A DNA stretch of 64,000 nt from Candidatus Hydrogenedentota bacterium (GTDB lineage Bacteria > Hydrogenedentota > Hydrogenedentia > Hydrogenedentales > JAGMZX01): NCBI GenBank assembly GCA_029556545.1, contig JAKQEQ010000193.1:15262-79261 (forward strand). Reading direction: 5' to 3'. Below the pieces are notes generated by a model. That model was not told the origin of the DNA and searched no databases. It worked only from the letters and a program-made list of their open reading frames with translations. The translations under genes were made by a program, and so were the position numbers. Below, in pieces: positions 46,833 to 56,590 of the stretch (its first letter is position 1; every line of letters starts with the position of its first letter).

Positions 46833-48200
46833 TTACGCCCAGTCCTGCTCGATTTCCTCGAGGGTTCTGCCTTCGGTCCTTGGCACGAAGCGCCATACGA
46901 AGAAGAAGCACAGGACGCACATGACGGCGTAGAGGAAGAAGCTGTTGCCGGAGAAGGTTTCGAGCAGCCAGGGAAAGGTCTGCGATACGCCGTAGCACGC
47001 GATCCACAGGCAGACCGTGGCGACGGACATGGCCGTGCCCCGCACGCGGGTCGGGAAGATTTCCGATAGCACCACCCACACCACCGGCCCCATCGCGACG
47101 GCGAACGACGCCACGTAGGCCAATACGAGCAGTAACACGAGCAACCCCTCGAATCGGTCAAGCTGGTACGCGAGGCCCAGCGCGGCCAGCGACGCGCCCA
47201 TGCCGGCGGACGCCACGAGCAACAACCGTTTCCGGCCCACGCGATCGACCACCCAGATGGCGACGAGCGTGAACAGGACGTTCACGACGCCGACAATCAC
47301 GGTTTCGTAGATTGCGGTGTCGGCGGCGCGCCCGACGCTCTTGAAAATCTCGGGCGCGTAATACAGCACGACGTTGATGCCCGTTACTTGTTGCAGCACG
47401 GCGAGGGTGATCCCGACGAACATGGCCATGCGCATGCCCGGTCTGAGCAGTTGCAGCACCGAGCGGTCTTCGTGGGCTATGGCGTCGCCGATCTCGGCCA
47501 TGTCCGCCCGCGCCTGATCCGCGCCGTTGATGCGGGCGAGGGTGGCGAAGGCCGCGACGTTCCGGCCGTTCTTGACGAGCCAGCGCGGGCTCTCGGGCAC
47601 GGCGAAGAGCAGCACGAAGAACAACAGCGCGGGGATCGTCTCGGAGGCGAACATCCAGCGCCAGCCCGAGGCGACGTTCCACGCTTCGCCGCCGATGTGC
47701 ATGCCGAACCGCGCGATCAGGGCATTCACGAAGTAGACGACCAGCATGCCGCCGACGATGGTCAGTTGATTCAGGGATACGAGGCGGCCCCGGATGCGCG
47801 CGGGCGCGACTTCGGCAATGTACAGCGGCGACAGCATGGACGCCGCGCCGACGCCGAGTCCGCCCAATATCCGCGCAATCGCGAATTGCGTCACCGACTC
47901 GGGAATCGCGGACAGGACGGCGGACACCGAAAACAGGACGGCGGAGAGTATGAGCACCTTCTTGCGGCCCAGCCAGTCGCTCAGGACGCCCGCGAAGCAC
48001 GCCCCGACAATGCAGCCGGTCAACGCGCTGGACGCCGCCCAGCCGCGCATGTGCGCATCGAGCCCGAAGTAGTCGCTCAGGTAGCCGATGGCCCCCGAGA
48101 TCACCGCCGTGTCGTAGCCGAAGAGCAGCCCGCCCAACGCCGCCACGGAAGCGAGCACGAAGGCATAACCGGCGCCGCCCTCCGAGTCCTGTCTTGACAT
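46833..48200 (-). CDS. sugar porter family MFS transporter
   Basis: Motifs GGLLFGYDTAVISGA, PESPRWL, QQVTGINVVLYY. Confidence 0.95.
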   Translation of the reverse strand: MSRQDSEGGAGYAFVLASVAALGGLLFGYDTAVISGAIGYLSDYFGLDAHMRGWAASSALTGCIVGACFAGVLSDWLGRKKVLILSAVLFSVSAVLSAIPESVTQFAIARILGGLGVGAASMLSPLYIAEVAPARIRGRLVSLNQLTIVGGMLVVYFVNALIARFGMHIGGEAWNVASGWRWMFASETIPALLFFVLLFAVPESPRWLVKNGRNVAAFATLARINGADQARADMAEIGDAIAHEDRSVLQLLRPGMRMAMFVGITLAVLQQVTGINVVLYYAPEIFKSVGRAADTAIYETVIVGVVNVLFTLVAIWVVDRVGRKRLLLVASAGMGASLAALGLAYQLDRFEGLLVLLLVLAYVASFAVAMGPVVWVVLSEIFPTRVRGTAMSVATVCLWIACYGVSQTFPWLLETFSGNSFFLYAVMCVLCFFFVWRFVPRTEGRTLEEIEQDWA

Positions 48201-48423
48201 GGTTCCCACGCTTTCCCATAGGCCGATCCGGCCGTGGCGATGCGCCAGAGTCTTCCCCCCGGCGAAAGCCGCGGAGAGGCAAAGGCGACCGCTATCTAAC
48301 AGGAACGGCGACGTGCGATGCAAGCGGATCGCGCGCGCCGCCGTTTGGGGGCGCTGTGCGGGGCCTGCTATATTGCGGGAAGCGTTGATGCCTTGAAGAA
48401 GCGATACGGGGAGAACCACGATC

Positions 48424-49689
48424 ATGACTTCGCGGGAGCGTGTGAACACCGCCTTGAATCATGCCGAGCCGGACCGGACGCCGCTGGACCTGGGCGCGTC
48501 GGCGGTCACCGGCATGCATGTCAGTTCGGTTTATCTTTTGCGGCAGGCCCTCGGGCTGGACGCGCCGGGGACGCCCGTGAAGGTGGTCGAGCCGTATCAG
48601 ATGCTCGGCGAGATTGCGCCGGACCTGATCGACGCATTGGGCGTGGACGTGGTGGGTTTGGGCGGATCGCGCACGTTGTTCGGTTTCAGAAACGAGGGAT
48701 GGAAGGAATGGCGGCTCTTCGACAACACGCCCGTGCTCGTGCCGGAGGCGTTCAACACGATGCCCGAGGCGAACGGCGATATCCTGATGTACCCGGGGGG
48801 CGACGCCACCGCCGCGCCGAGCGGCCGCATGCCGAAGGACGGCTTCTATTTCGACACGATTATCCGGCAGGACCCGATCGACGAAGCGGCGCTTGACGTC
48901 GAGGACAACTTGCAGGAGTTCACGCCCATCAGCGACAGCGAACTCGACTGGTATCGCGCGGAGGCGCAGCGGCTCGCGGGAACGGACAAGGCGGTGCTGG
49001 CCTCGTTCGGCGGCGCGGCCTTCGGCGACATCGCCCTCGTGCCGGGACAATGGTTGAGGCGACCGCGCGGCATACGCGACATCGCGGAGTGGTACACGAG
49101 CACGCTCTGCCGCCGCGACTACGTCTACGAGGTTTTCTCGCGGCAATGCGACATGGCCTTGGCCAACTGGGAGAAGATTCACGCTATCGTGGGCGACCTC
49201 GTGACGGCGGTGTTCGTGACGGGGACGGATTTCGGCGCGCAGCACGGCCCGTTCATCGGCCTGGACGTGTATCGGGACCTCTACAAGCCGTTTCACCGGC
49301 GGGTGAACGACTGGATACACAGGAACACGGGCTGGAAATCGTTCATCCACTCGTGCGGCAGCGTGCGGGTCTTTCTGGAGGATTTCATCGACGCCGGGTT
49401 CGACATCCTGAACCCGGTCCAGTGCTCGGCGCGGGACATGGAAGCGCGGGAACTGAAGGAGGGCTACGGAGACCGGCTGGTGTTCTGGGGCGGGGGCGTG
49501 GACACGCAGCACACGCTGCCGTTCGGGACGCCGGAGGAGGTGGCGGCGCAGGTGCGGGAACGGGTGCGGATTTTCGGGCGGGGCGGCGGCTTCATATTCA
49601 ACACGATCCACAACGTGCAAGCGCGGGTGCCCCGCGAGAACCTGCTGGCGTTGTATAGGACGCTGCTTGAGTTGGCGGGAAACACGTAG
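48424..49689 (+). CDS. uroporphyrinogen decarboxylase / MtaA-CmuA family protein
   Basis: Motifs MTSRERV..PDRTP, HSCGSV, LNPVQ, FWGGGVDTQ. Confidence 0.9.
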   Translation: MTSRERVNTALNHAEPDRTPLDLGASAVTGMHVSSVYLLRQALGLDAPGTPVKVVEPYQMLGEIAPDLIDALGVDVVGLGGSRTLFGFRNEGWKEWRLFDNTPVLVPEAFNTMPEANGDILMYPGGDATAAPSGRMPKDGFYFDTIIRQDPIDEAALDVEDNLQEFTPISDSELDWYRAEAQRLAGTDKAVLASFGGAAFGDIALVPGQWLRRPRGIRDIAEWYTSTLCRRDYVYEVFSRQCDMALANWEKIHAIVGDLVTAVFVTGTDFGAQHGPFIGLDVYRDLYKPFHRRVNDWIHRNTGWKSFIHSCGSVRVFLEDFIDAGFDILNPVQCSARDMEARELKEGYGDRLVFWGGGVDTQHTLPFGTPEEVAAQVRERVRIFGRGGGFIFNTIHNVQARVPRENLLALYRTLLELAGNT

Positions 49690-49771
49690 CGCGCGCGACA
49701 AGGCGGACAGGACAACCGCGCACGCGGGGCGCGCGACTTCGGAACCGTGAATCACGCCGCGAACGGGGGCG

Positions 49772-51343
49772 TCACTGGGCCATCATCTTGCGGCAGTAGG
49801 CGGCCATGCGATCGCGGTGATCGTCGTCCCGTGAGGCGACATTCGGCTGATCAATGACTGGGGCGTTCTCGTCGAGGTAGGTAGGGGGCAGATCGTCGAA
49901 ACTGCGCCATGCTTCGATGGCCCGTGTGAGCGCCTGAATCTCGTCCCGGCAGGCGGGATCGTCGTACCGATCATGGACCTCGGCGGGATCATGCTCGATA
50001 TCGAAGAAGAGCGATTTGCCGTGTTTCCGTGACAGGAGCAGTTTGCGTGTTCCTGTTCGCGCCATGGCATGGGTGCCGCCGGCGCTCTCGGCAAACACGT
50101 GGTCACGTCCGATGTCCTCGGCGGCGAGGTCGATCCCGCGCATGCCGTCGGGCACCGCGCAGGACGCCTGTCGGAGGATGGTCGGCGCGACATCGATATT
50201 CGACACCATGGCCTGCGAGACGCGGCCGCCGAACTTGCCGGCGGGGTACTTGATAATGAGCGGGACTTTCACGAGCGGGTCGTACATGTAGTTGCCTTTC
50301 AAAAGCATGTGATGGCAGCCCAGGTACTCTCCGTGATCGCTTGTGTAGATGATCATTGTGTTGTCATACAAGCCCTTGCGCCGCAAGACCTCGATCATGC
50401 GGCCCACCTGGTGGTCGATCTGCTCGATGCTTGCGTAGTAATACGCCATTACCCGCTGGAGTGCGGCGACCGTGAGACTCTCGTGCGGGAAGTAGCCGCG
50501 GTGCAGTTCGAGGTCGTGAGGCAGGCAGGCGTCCGTCCAGCCCGGCAGCAGCGACAGCGCGTCGGGCTCATATCTCTCGGCCCACGACGCGGGGGGGTCA
50601 AACGGGTGGTGCGGCTTGATGAAGCCGACCATGAGGAGTTGGCCGGACGTTCCCCAGCCCTCGATGGTCTCGACCGCGTGATCGCCGATCCACTGGGTCG
50701 AGTAGAAGGCGTCCGGGAGGTTGGTCGGCAGCGCGCCGAAGGTTTGCCAGTACTCGGGCCGCGCGCGGTCCCGGTACTCCTTGCGTTGATCCTCAAGATC
50801 GTTCCTGTCGACGAGCCCGGCGTCCCGTAGCGCCCGGTGATAGTCGTCGTCCCAGCGTCCCGGCCCGTCCTGCTCTGACAGTATCATCTCCTCGAAACCC
50901 ACATCGAGATAGGTGGGGGTGAAGTGCATCTTCCCCACGGCCTTGGTTGGATACCCGGCGTGTTTCAGCACGGAAGGAAAGGTCTCGGTCCCCGGGAACA
51001 AGGTGCAGTGGTTTGTCCAGCCGCGATGCTCGTGAACGTAGCGCCCGGACAGGAGCGAGTAGCGCGACGGCGTGCAGACGGGGTATGGGCAGAAGCTGTT
51101 CTCGAAGCGCACGCCGTCGGTGGCTATCGCGTCGAGGTGGGGCGTGCGAATCTCGTTGTTGCTGTAAGCGCCGAGGCACTCGATCCGATGCTGGTCCCCG
51201 TGGATTAGCAGCACGTTTGGCCGCGCCGCCGTGCGTGCGGATGCGGTTGCAGCGTCGTCCTGTGCGCGGGCGCACACCGACGCCCCGGCGAGTGTGGCCG
51301 CCGCCGAGCCCAGGAAACCGCGTCGGTCTATTCTGTCCGCCAT
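49772..51343 (-). CDS. Tat-exported formylglycine-dependent sulfatase
   Basis: Tat signal DRRGFLG. Motifs RPNVLLI, CTPSR (CxPxR), GKMH, SDHGE. Confidence 0.95.
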   Translation of the reverse strand: MADRIDRRGFLGSAAATLAGASVCARAQDDAATASARTAARPNVLLIHGDQHRIECLGAYSNNEIRTPHLDAIATDGVRFENSFCPYPVCTPSRYSLLSGRYVHEHRGWTNHCTLFPGTETFPSVLKHAGYPTKAVGKMHFTPTYLDVGFEEMILSEQDGPGRWDDDYHRALRDAGLVDRNDLEDQRKEYRDRARPEYWQTFGALPTNLPDAFYSTQWIGDHAVETIEGWGTSGQLLMVGFIKPHHPFDPPASWAERYEPDALSLLPGWTDACLPHDLELHRGYFPHESLTVAALQRVMAYYYASIEQIDHQVGRMIEVLRRKGLYDNTMIIYTSDHGEYLGCHHMLLKGNYMYDPLVKVPLIIKYPAGKFGGRVSQAMVSNIDVAPTILRQASCAVPDGMRGIDLAAEDIGRDHVFAESAGGTHAMARTGTRKLLLSRKHGKSLFFDIEHDPAEVHDRYDDPACRDEIQALTRAIEAWRSFDDLPPTYLDENAPVIDQPNVASRDDDHRDRMAAYCRKMMAQ

Positions 51344-51499
51344 GGGATGCCTCCTCTCCGCCAGTATACCTAGCAAGCAGCCGCGCTGCGATTCGCACGT
51401 TTCGACATGCATCGCCGGATATGGCCTGATAGAATAGCGCTTGGGGCTTGGTGACTGTGGTTCCCGCGACATCGGCCCAATAACGGAGTACTTTCGCCC

Positions 51500-52558
51500 A
51501 TGAACTTGCCCTTTTCCGACCATGACCACCCCGAGACCGCGTTCGCGTTGGCGGCGGTGCGCGCGGCGGCCCGGTTGACGACGCGCGTGCGCGCGGAGAT
51601 GCCGCACGCGAAGATCACGAAGACCGACTTGAGTCCGGTGACGGTGGCGGACTTCGCGGTGCAGGCGTATATCGCGCGTGCGCTGGCCGAGGCGTTTCCC
51701 GGGGACGCGCTGGTGGGGGAGGAGCGCGCGGCGGCCCTCGAAGCGGACGACGGCGCGGCGATGCGGGCGCTCGTGGCCGAGTTCGTGCGGGAGGAAGCGC
51801 CGGATGCCACTGAGGCGCGGGTCTGCGCCTGGATCGAGCGGGGCGCGGGCGCGGCGGAGGGGCGGTTCTGGGTCCTGGACCCCGTGGACGGGACGAAGGG
51901 CTACCTGCGCGGCGGGCAATATGCCATTGCCTTCGCGCTCATCGAGGACGGCGTCGTGCAATTGGGCGTGCTTGGCTGCCCCGGTCTGGATGCGCAGTGT
52001 CGTCCGGCGGAGAACGGACCGGGCGCGTTGCTCGTGGCTCGGCGCGGCGGGGGCGCATGGTGTGGTCCCCTCGCGGATGGTCCCGGCGAATTCGTGCAAT
52101 TGCACGCGTCGGACTGTGCGGACGCGCGGCGGGCGCGTCTCTTGCGGTCTTTCGAGGCAAGCCACACGAATGAAGGGCAGATTGAGGCCATCGCCGCGCG
52201 ACTCGGGCTTGCCGCGCCGCCCGTGTTGATGGACAGCCAGGCGAAATATGCCGTGCTGGCCGCGGGCGGCGGCGAGTTGATGCTGCGCCTCCTGTCGCCG
52301 AAACAGCCCGACTACAAGGAACGCATCTGGGACCAGGCGGCGGGGAGCATCGTGGTCGAGGCGGCGGGGGGACGGGTCACGGATCTGTGCGGTCATCCGT
52401 TCGATTTCAGCGCGGGCCGGTTGCTGGAACGGAACACCGGCGTATTCGCGTCGAACGGACCGCTGCACGACGCGGGGCTCGAAGCGATTGCGGCTCTGGG
52501 GACTGGCACAAGCGACCCCGCGCTTCGCGGGGGAGACGTGCCTGTCCTCCCAAGTTAG
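51500..52558 (+). CDS. 3'(2'),5'-bisphosphate nucleotidase (HAL2-like)
   Basis: Motifs SPVTVADF, GEE, WVLDPVDGTKG, DSQAKYA, ERIWDQAAG. Confidence 0.92.
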   Translation: MNLPFSDHDHPETAFALAAVRAAARLTTRVRAEMPHAKITKTDLSPVTVADFAVQAYIARALAEAFPGDALVGEERAAALEADDGAAMRALVAEFVREEAPDATEARVCAWIERGAGAAEGRFWVLDPVDGTKGYLRGGQYAIAFALIEDGVVQLGVLGCPGLDAQCRPAENGPGALLVARRGGGAWCGPLADGPGEFVQLHASDCADARRARLLRSFEASHTNEGQIEAIAARLGLAAPPVLMDSQAKYAVLAAGGGELMLRLLSPKQPDYKERIWDQAAGSIVVEAAGGRVTDLCGHPFDFSAGRLLERNTGVFASNGPLHDAGLEAIAALGTGTSDPALRGGDVPVLPS

Positions 52559-52570
52559 CCCCAGTCCCCC
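52498..52570. repeat. GGGACxGGCAC/GTGCCxGTCC-type palindrome forming the 3' end of the nucleotidase gene
   Basis: GGGGACTGGCAC...CCCCGCG-CTT-CGCGGGG...GTGCCTGTCC...CCAGTCCCC. Confidence 0.6.
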
Positions 52571-52669
52571 CAAGTTTGGGGCCGCTTGCGCGGCAAGCGG
52601 GTTGCCTGCTAGTATCCGGGAGGCCGGTAAGTATGCCGGGAGTGTCCCCGCGCGCGGAGAGGCGCGGAC

Positions 52670-52692
52670 CACGGGCGGGACGCCCGTGCCAC
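52670..52692. repeat. GTGG-type REP CACGGGCGGGACGCCCGTGCCAC
   Basis: Palindrome with a near-identical copy at 59013-59035. Confidence 0.8.
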
Positions 52693-52708
52693 GAAGAGAG
52701 GGTACAAC

Positions 52709-53710
52709 ATGTCCAGGCGATGGTGTGTGGCCGCAACGGCGTGCGCTTTCTTGGCGTTGGTCGCGGCGGATGCCCAGGCGCAGTGGCGCTGGACGCCGCA
52801 GACGGGCCGTTTTGTAAACATCAAGAATCTGCCGAAGGAAACGCCGGAGATTCAGGTCGAATATGCCCGGGGCTTGTATATGAACGGGCGCTATAAGGAG
52901 GCGTACCGGGAGACGGAGAAGTTCGAGCAGTTCTACAGTGACACGGAATACGCGGACGACAACCAGTTCCTCCGCGGCGAAATCCGGCTGGCCCAGGGCA
53001 AGCACCTCGCCGCCGCGCGCGAGTTCCAGCAGGTCATCGCGAATTATCCGGACAGCGACCTTTTTGACGCCGTGATCGCGAAGCAGTACGAGATTGGCGA
53101 CGGGCTCTACGACCTGGGCACGAAGCGGGCGTTGCGGTGGTGGCCGATGTTCCGGCATCGCCCGCTCAAGCGGGCGGCCGAGGTGTATGGGATGGTCATC
53201 CGCAATCAGCCGTTCACGACGGCGGCGGCCGAGGCGCAGTACAAGGTGGGCCTGTGCCACTTCGCGCGCAAGGCGTACCTGGAGGCGGCCTACGAGTACC
53301 GGCGCGTGATCGAGGATTACGCCGGGTCCGAGTGGGTGGACGAGGCCGGCGAAGGGCTGGCCTTGTGCTACTACCGCATGTCCCTCCCGCCGGAATACGA
53401 TCAGGCCCCGAGCGAGTTGGCCATCAACGCCATCGACGATTTCAAGGCCCGTTTCCCCGAGGATGCGCGGGTGGCGGACCTCGACGGGAAACGCGTCGAG
53501 ATGCGGGAAAACATCGCGATGCAGCGGCTGGTTACGGCGCGGTTCTACGAGCGGCGCCGCGAGTTTCCGGCGGCGCGGTTATGCTATGAGGTGGTCGTCG
53601 AGCAGTTTCCCGAAACCGAAGCGGCCAAGGGCGCGCAGAGGTGGATCGACGAACACCCTGGCGTCGAGAGTCCGTTCAGCAAGGGCATCGGTCGCGAAAG
53701 CCGGGACTAG
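52709..53710 (+). CDS. bamD: outer membrane protein assembly factor BamD
   Basis: TPR repeats with YDQAP and ARFYERR motifs. Lies upstream of lptE-holA. Confidence 0.85.
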   Translation: MSRRWCVAATACAFLALVAADAQAQWRWTPQTGRFVNIKNLPKETPEIQVEYARGLYMNGRYKEAYRETEKFEQFYSDTEYADDNQFLRGEIRLAQGKHLAAAREFQQVIANYPDSDLFDAVIAKQYEIGDGLYDLGTKRALRWWPMFRHRPLKRAAEVYGMVIRNQPFTTAAAEAQYKVGLCHFARKAYLEAAYEYRRVIEDYAGSEWVDEAGEGLALCYYRMSLPPEYDQAPSELAINAIDDFKARFPEDARVADLDGKRVEMRENIAMQRLVTARFYERRREFPAARLCYEVVVEQFPETEAAKGAQRWIDEHPGVESPFSKGIGRESRD

Positions 53711-53725
53711 GGCGTGATATCCGGA

Positions 53726-54280
53726 ATGCGATATGCGGTGTCAAGCGCGTTACTGTGCGCGCTGCTCGCAGGCTGCGGCTACACGACGGAGAGCACCCTC
53801 CCGACAAAGTACCAGACGGTCTTTGTCTCGACATTCAAGGACATGAGCCCCCAATACGACTTGCAGGCCCCGCTCACGAACGCGCTTGTGCGCAAGTTCA
53901 TCACCGACGGGCGGCTCCAGGTGGCGAAGCGGGACGATGCGGACCTCGTGCTTGAGGGCGCCATCCTCGACTATCGCATGAAGGGCCTGACCTTCGACCA
54001 GGCGGACGATGTGACCCAGTTTGTGGTCGTCGTCGCGGCGGCGGCGCGTTTAACCGACGCCGAATCCGGCGAAGTCCTCTGGGAAGACCCCCTCATGGCC
54101 GGGGAAACGACGTATTACACCCGCGCGGCGGGGCAGTCTTCCGACCGGCTGCGCGGCAACGCCGAGGTCTTTCTGCCGACCGTGCGGTCCTTTTCGACCG
54201 AAGAGGAGAACCGGGCGGCGGCGGAGGCGCTCGAACAACTAGCCTCCGACATCTTCTACCGCACGGTGGAGCCGTGGTGA
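53726..54280 (+). CDS. lptE: LptE family lipoprotein
   Basis: Lipobox LAGCGY and ADLVLEGAI. Sits directly before holA. Confidence 0.85.
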   Translation: MRYAVSSALLCALLAGCGYTTESTLPTKYQTVFVSTFKDMSPQYDLQAPLTNALVRKFITDGRLQVAKRDDADLVLEGAILDYRMKGLTFDQADDVTQFVVVVAAAARLTDAESGEVLWEDPLMAGETTYYTRAAGQSSDRLRGNAEVFLPTVRSFSTEEENRAAAEALEQLASDIFYRTVEPW

Positions 54281-54284
54281 GGGC

Positions 54285-55328
54285 GTGCAGGTTCAGGAAT
54301 TCCTAGACCGCTTCAATCCGGGGCGCGTGCCCCCGGTCGTCTTGTTGTGTCCGGGAACCGCGGGGAAGAGCAAGAACGTCACCTTCGAGCCCGTAAGAGC
54401 CCAGCAAGCGGCCGATCGCATCGTCGAGGCCTTCATCGACCCTTCCCTCCGCGACCTCGCCTATGCCTTGTACTACGGAGACGAAGCGGACCCCGCCGGC
54501 GTGGTTCTCGAAGCGCAGACGCTCCCGTTCCTCGCCGACCGGCGCGTCGTCGAGGTCCGCAACGCCGATGTCTACGAAACCGAAACGCGCGGGAAGGCGA
54601 TCCACGCCTATCTCGCGTCGCCCAACGAGACGACCGTGCTAATCCTCGTTGCGTCGCGCATCGACCGGCGACTCAAGTTCTTCAAGGCGTGCCAGAAGGC
54701 GGGCGAGATCATCGAGTGCCCCGAGTTGTCCGAGAGGGAAGTGCATGCGTGGGTGGGCGAGAGAATGGACACGCTCGGCAAGCGCATCGACGGCGATGCG
54801 GTCAGCGAACTGGTGCGCCGGGCCGGAACGCGCCTCGGCGACGTGAACAACGCCATCCAGGTCGTGGCGGACTACGTGGGCGGCAAGGGGCGCGTGACGC
54901 AGGAGGACGTCGCGGGGGCGTGCGCCGACGTGGCCGAGGAGGAGATTTGGGCGCTCACGGATGCCATCGCCGCGTCGGAAGTGGGCAAGGCCGTGACGGC
55001 GCTGCGGAAGCTGCTCGCGTTTGGGAAAGCGCCCGACGAAATCATGGGGACGATTAACTGGCTGGTGAAAATGACCTACGGGGTTCTTGTCCCCGAGAGC
55101 GGCCAGAAAGTCCATGCTTTCGTGGCGGACAAAGTGAGGAAACTCGGCGACAAGTTCGGGCGCGCCAAGACGCAAGACGCCTTCAAACTTTGCACCAGCA
55201 CCCATTTCATGATGCGCAGTACAGGCGTCGACCCCGAACTCGCCCTCGAATTGCTCGTCATCAAGCTCGCCGCGCCGCGCAAGGCCCCCCAGCCCAAGCG
55301 CGGCGCCGTCTTCAGGGGGCAGTGTTGA
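54285..55328 (+). CDS. holA: DNA polymerase III subunit delta
   Basis: Motifs AQTLPFLADRRVV and IWALTDAI, and C-terminal LELLVIKL. Confidence 0.92.
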   Translation: MQVQEFLDRFNPGRVPPVVLLCPGTAGKSKNVTFEPVRAQQAADRIVEAFIDPSLRDLAYALYYGDEADPAGVVLEAQTLPFLADRRVVEVRNADVYETETRGKAIHAYLASPNETTVLILVASRIDRRLKFFKACQKAGEIIECPELSEREVHAWVGERMDTLGKRIDGDAVSELVRRAGTRLGDVNNAIQVVADYVGGKGRVTQEDVAGACADVAEEEIWALTDAIAASEVGKAVTALRKLLAFGKAPDEIMGTINWLVKMTYGVLVPESGQKVHAFVADKVRKLGDKFGRAKTQDAFKLCTSTHFMMRSTGVDPELALELLVIKLAAPRKAPQPKRGAVFRGQC

Positions 55329-56550
55329 GCGTGTATTCAATGATGACGCCGCGGACTTCTACCTTTCCACCCCCCCAGTCACTTGAGTATGCTGAGCAAG
55401 TAAGACTAGTTGCTTCATTGTTTACAGTCCTTCTTGGGATAGCAACCGTCTTGGCGCCTACTCCGGAAATTCCGGAACTGTCAACTTCAGCCCAAGTGGA
55501 GAAATTACCGTCGAGTGGATAATAACGGGCGAAATTTACAGTCACATCCTCCGTGTGTGTCGGATCTTTATCAAAATACACGGTGAACGAATCGACAATG
55601 GCGCCGTCCGGCAGATTCACCGGCGCGATCATTTTCCCGAAGCCGCTCGAAGTAACACAAAAACCACCGTTACCACCTTGCGAGCTATACTCCGTCGAAC
55701 TCATATTGGGCTGCCATGCTGCGCGATCAATTGAGTAGAAAAAAGTGTACGGACCATGTGTATGCGAACTTGCGGCAAACGCGCTCGCCTGCTGGCCGTC
55801 CAGCGTGTCCGCATCAATGCCGCTTCCTGCACCGTCGTTGGCCAGTATGTGGGGGATGATCTCGCTGTCCAGCGCAAAATCAGTGGCCTGCTGGCCGTCC
55901 AGCGTGTCCGCGTCGAGCCCGCTGCCCGGTCCGTCGCTCGCAAGCACGGTCGGCAGGATCTCGCTGTCCCGCGCGATGGCCGCGTCGATGTAGGCTTGGG
56001 CGATGGTTCCCGCGCGGATGGCCTCGCCATAAATGAAGGCCGCGCTCGTAAGCGTGATATTCTGCGGAATCAGGAACGGCGGAAAGACGCCGCTTTCGAT
56101 GTCGATCGCGTCGTGCGTGTGGGATGCGTTCGCCAAGTCCGCCTTGTGCGCGCCGTCCAGAGTGTCCGCGTTGCCGCTCTGCAGCGCATAAGCCACGGAA
56201 GCGACGCGCCGGCGCGGCGCGAGGTCTTCCCCGTTCACGTTCACGTTCAGCCAGACGCTGTTGCCGCTGAACACCGTGGCGGGAACCAGCAGCGCCGGAT
56301 CGTCGCCAATCATGGTGCTATAGACCCCGTCCGCGTCCGGCGTGACCGTGTCGGCGTCGGAGAAACCGCTGCCGAGTTGTGTGCCGCCCGACTCGCTGCT
56401 CCAGAAGGTGAACGTCACGGTGATCGCGCTCGTCACGGGGTTCCCTGCCGCGTCCGTGATGCGCCCCTGATAGGCAATCAGCCCCGGCGCCGCCAGCGCC
56501 GCTCCACCCAGCGCGATAGCCAGTAGCACCAGACCCATGCTCGCTTTCAT
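55312..56550 (-). CDS. secreted tail-fibre-like protein with repeat shaft and low-GC C-terminal tip
   Basis: Signal peptide, N-domain IAYQGRITD...LAPRRRVASVAYAL, three ADTLDG motifs, and a 33-aa tandem duplication. Confidence 0.75.
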   Translation of the reverse strand: MKASMGLVLLAIALGGAALAAPGLIAYQGRITDAAGNPVTSAITVTFTFWSSESGGTQLGSGFSDADTVTPDADGVYSTMIGDDPALLVPATVFSGNSVWLNVNVNGEDLAPRRRVASVAYALQSGNADTLDGAHKADLANASHTHDAIDIESGVFPPFLIPQNITLTSAAFIYGEAIRAGTIAQAYIDAAIARDSEILPTVLASDGPGSGLDADTLDGQQATDFALDSEIIPHILANDGAGSGIDADTLDGQQASAFAASSHTHGPYTFFYSIDRAAWQPNMSSTEYSSQGGNGGFCVTSSGFGKMIAPVNLPDGAIVDSFTVYFDKDPTHTEDVTVNFARYYPLDGNFSTWAEVDSSGISGVGAKTVAIPRRTVNNEATSLTCSAYSSDWGGGKVEVRGVIIEYTLNTAP

Positions 56551-56590
56551 CGCAGTAATCTCCTGTCGTTCTCCCGGGGGTGCTTCATGA

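Noticed and set aside
49772..53260. 1162-aa sulfatase fusion ORF
   Set aside because: The extension is antisense to the nucleotidase and bamD. The real start is the Tat signal at 51343.
52709..55328. bamD-lptE-holA order and non-lipoprotein BamD as a novelty
   Set aside because: These are housekeeping genes, and similar arrangements are known in other diderm phyla.
55312..55750. DGR variable region at the fibre tip
   Set aside because: No template repeat differing at adenines and no reverse transcriptase in the window.
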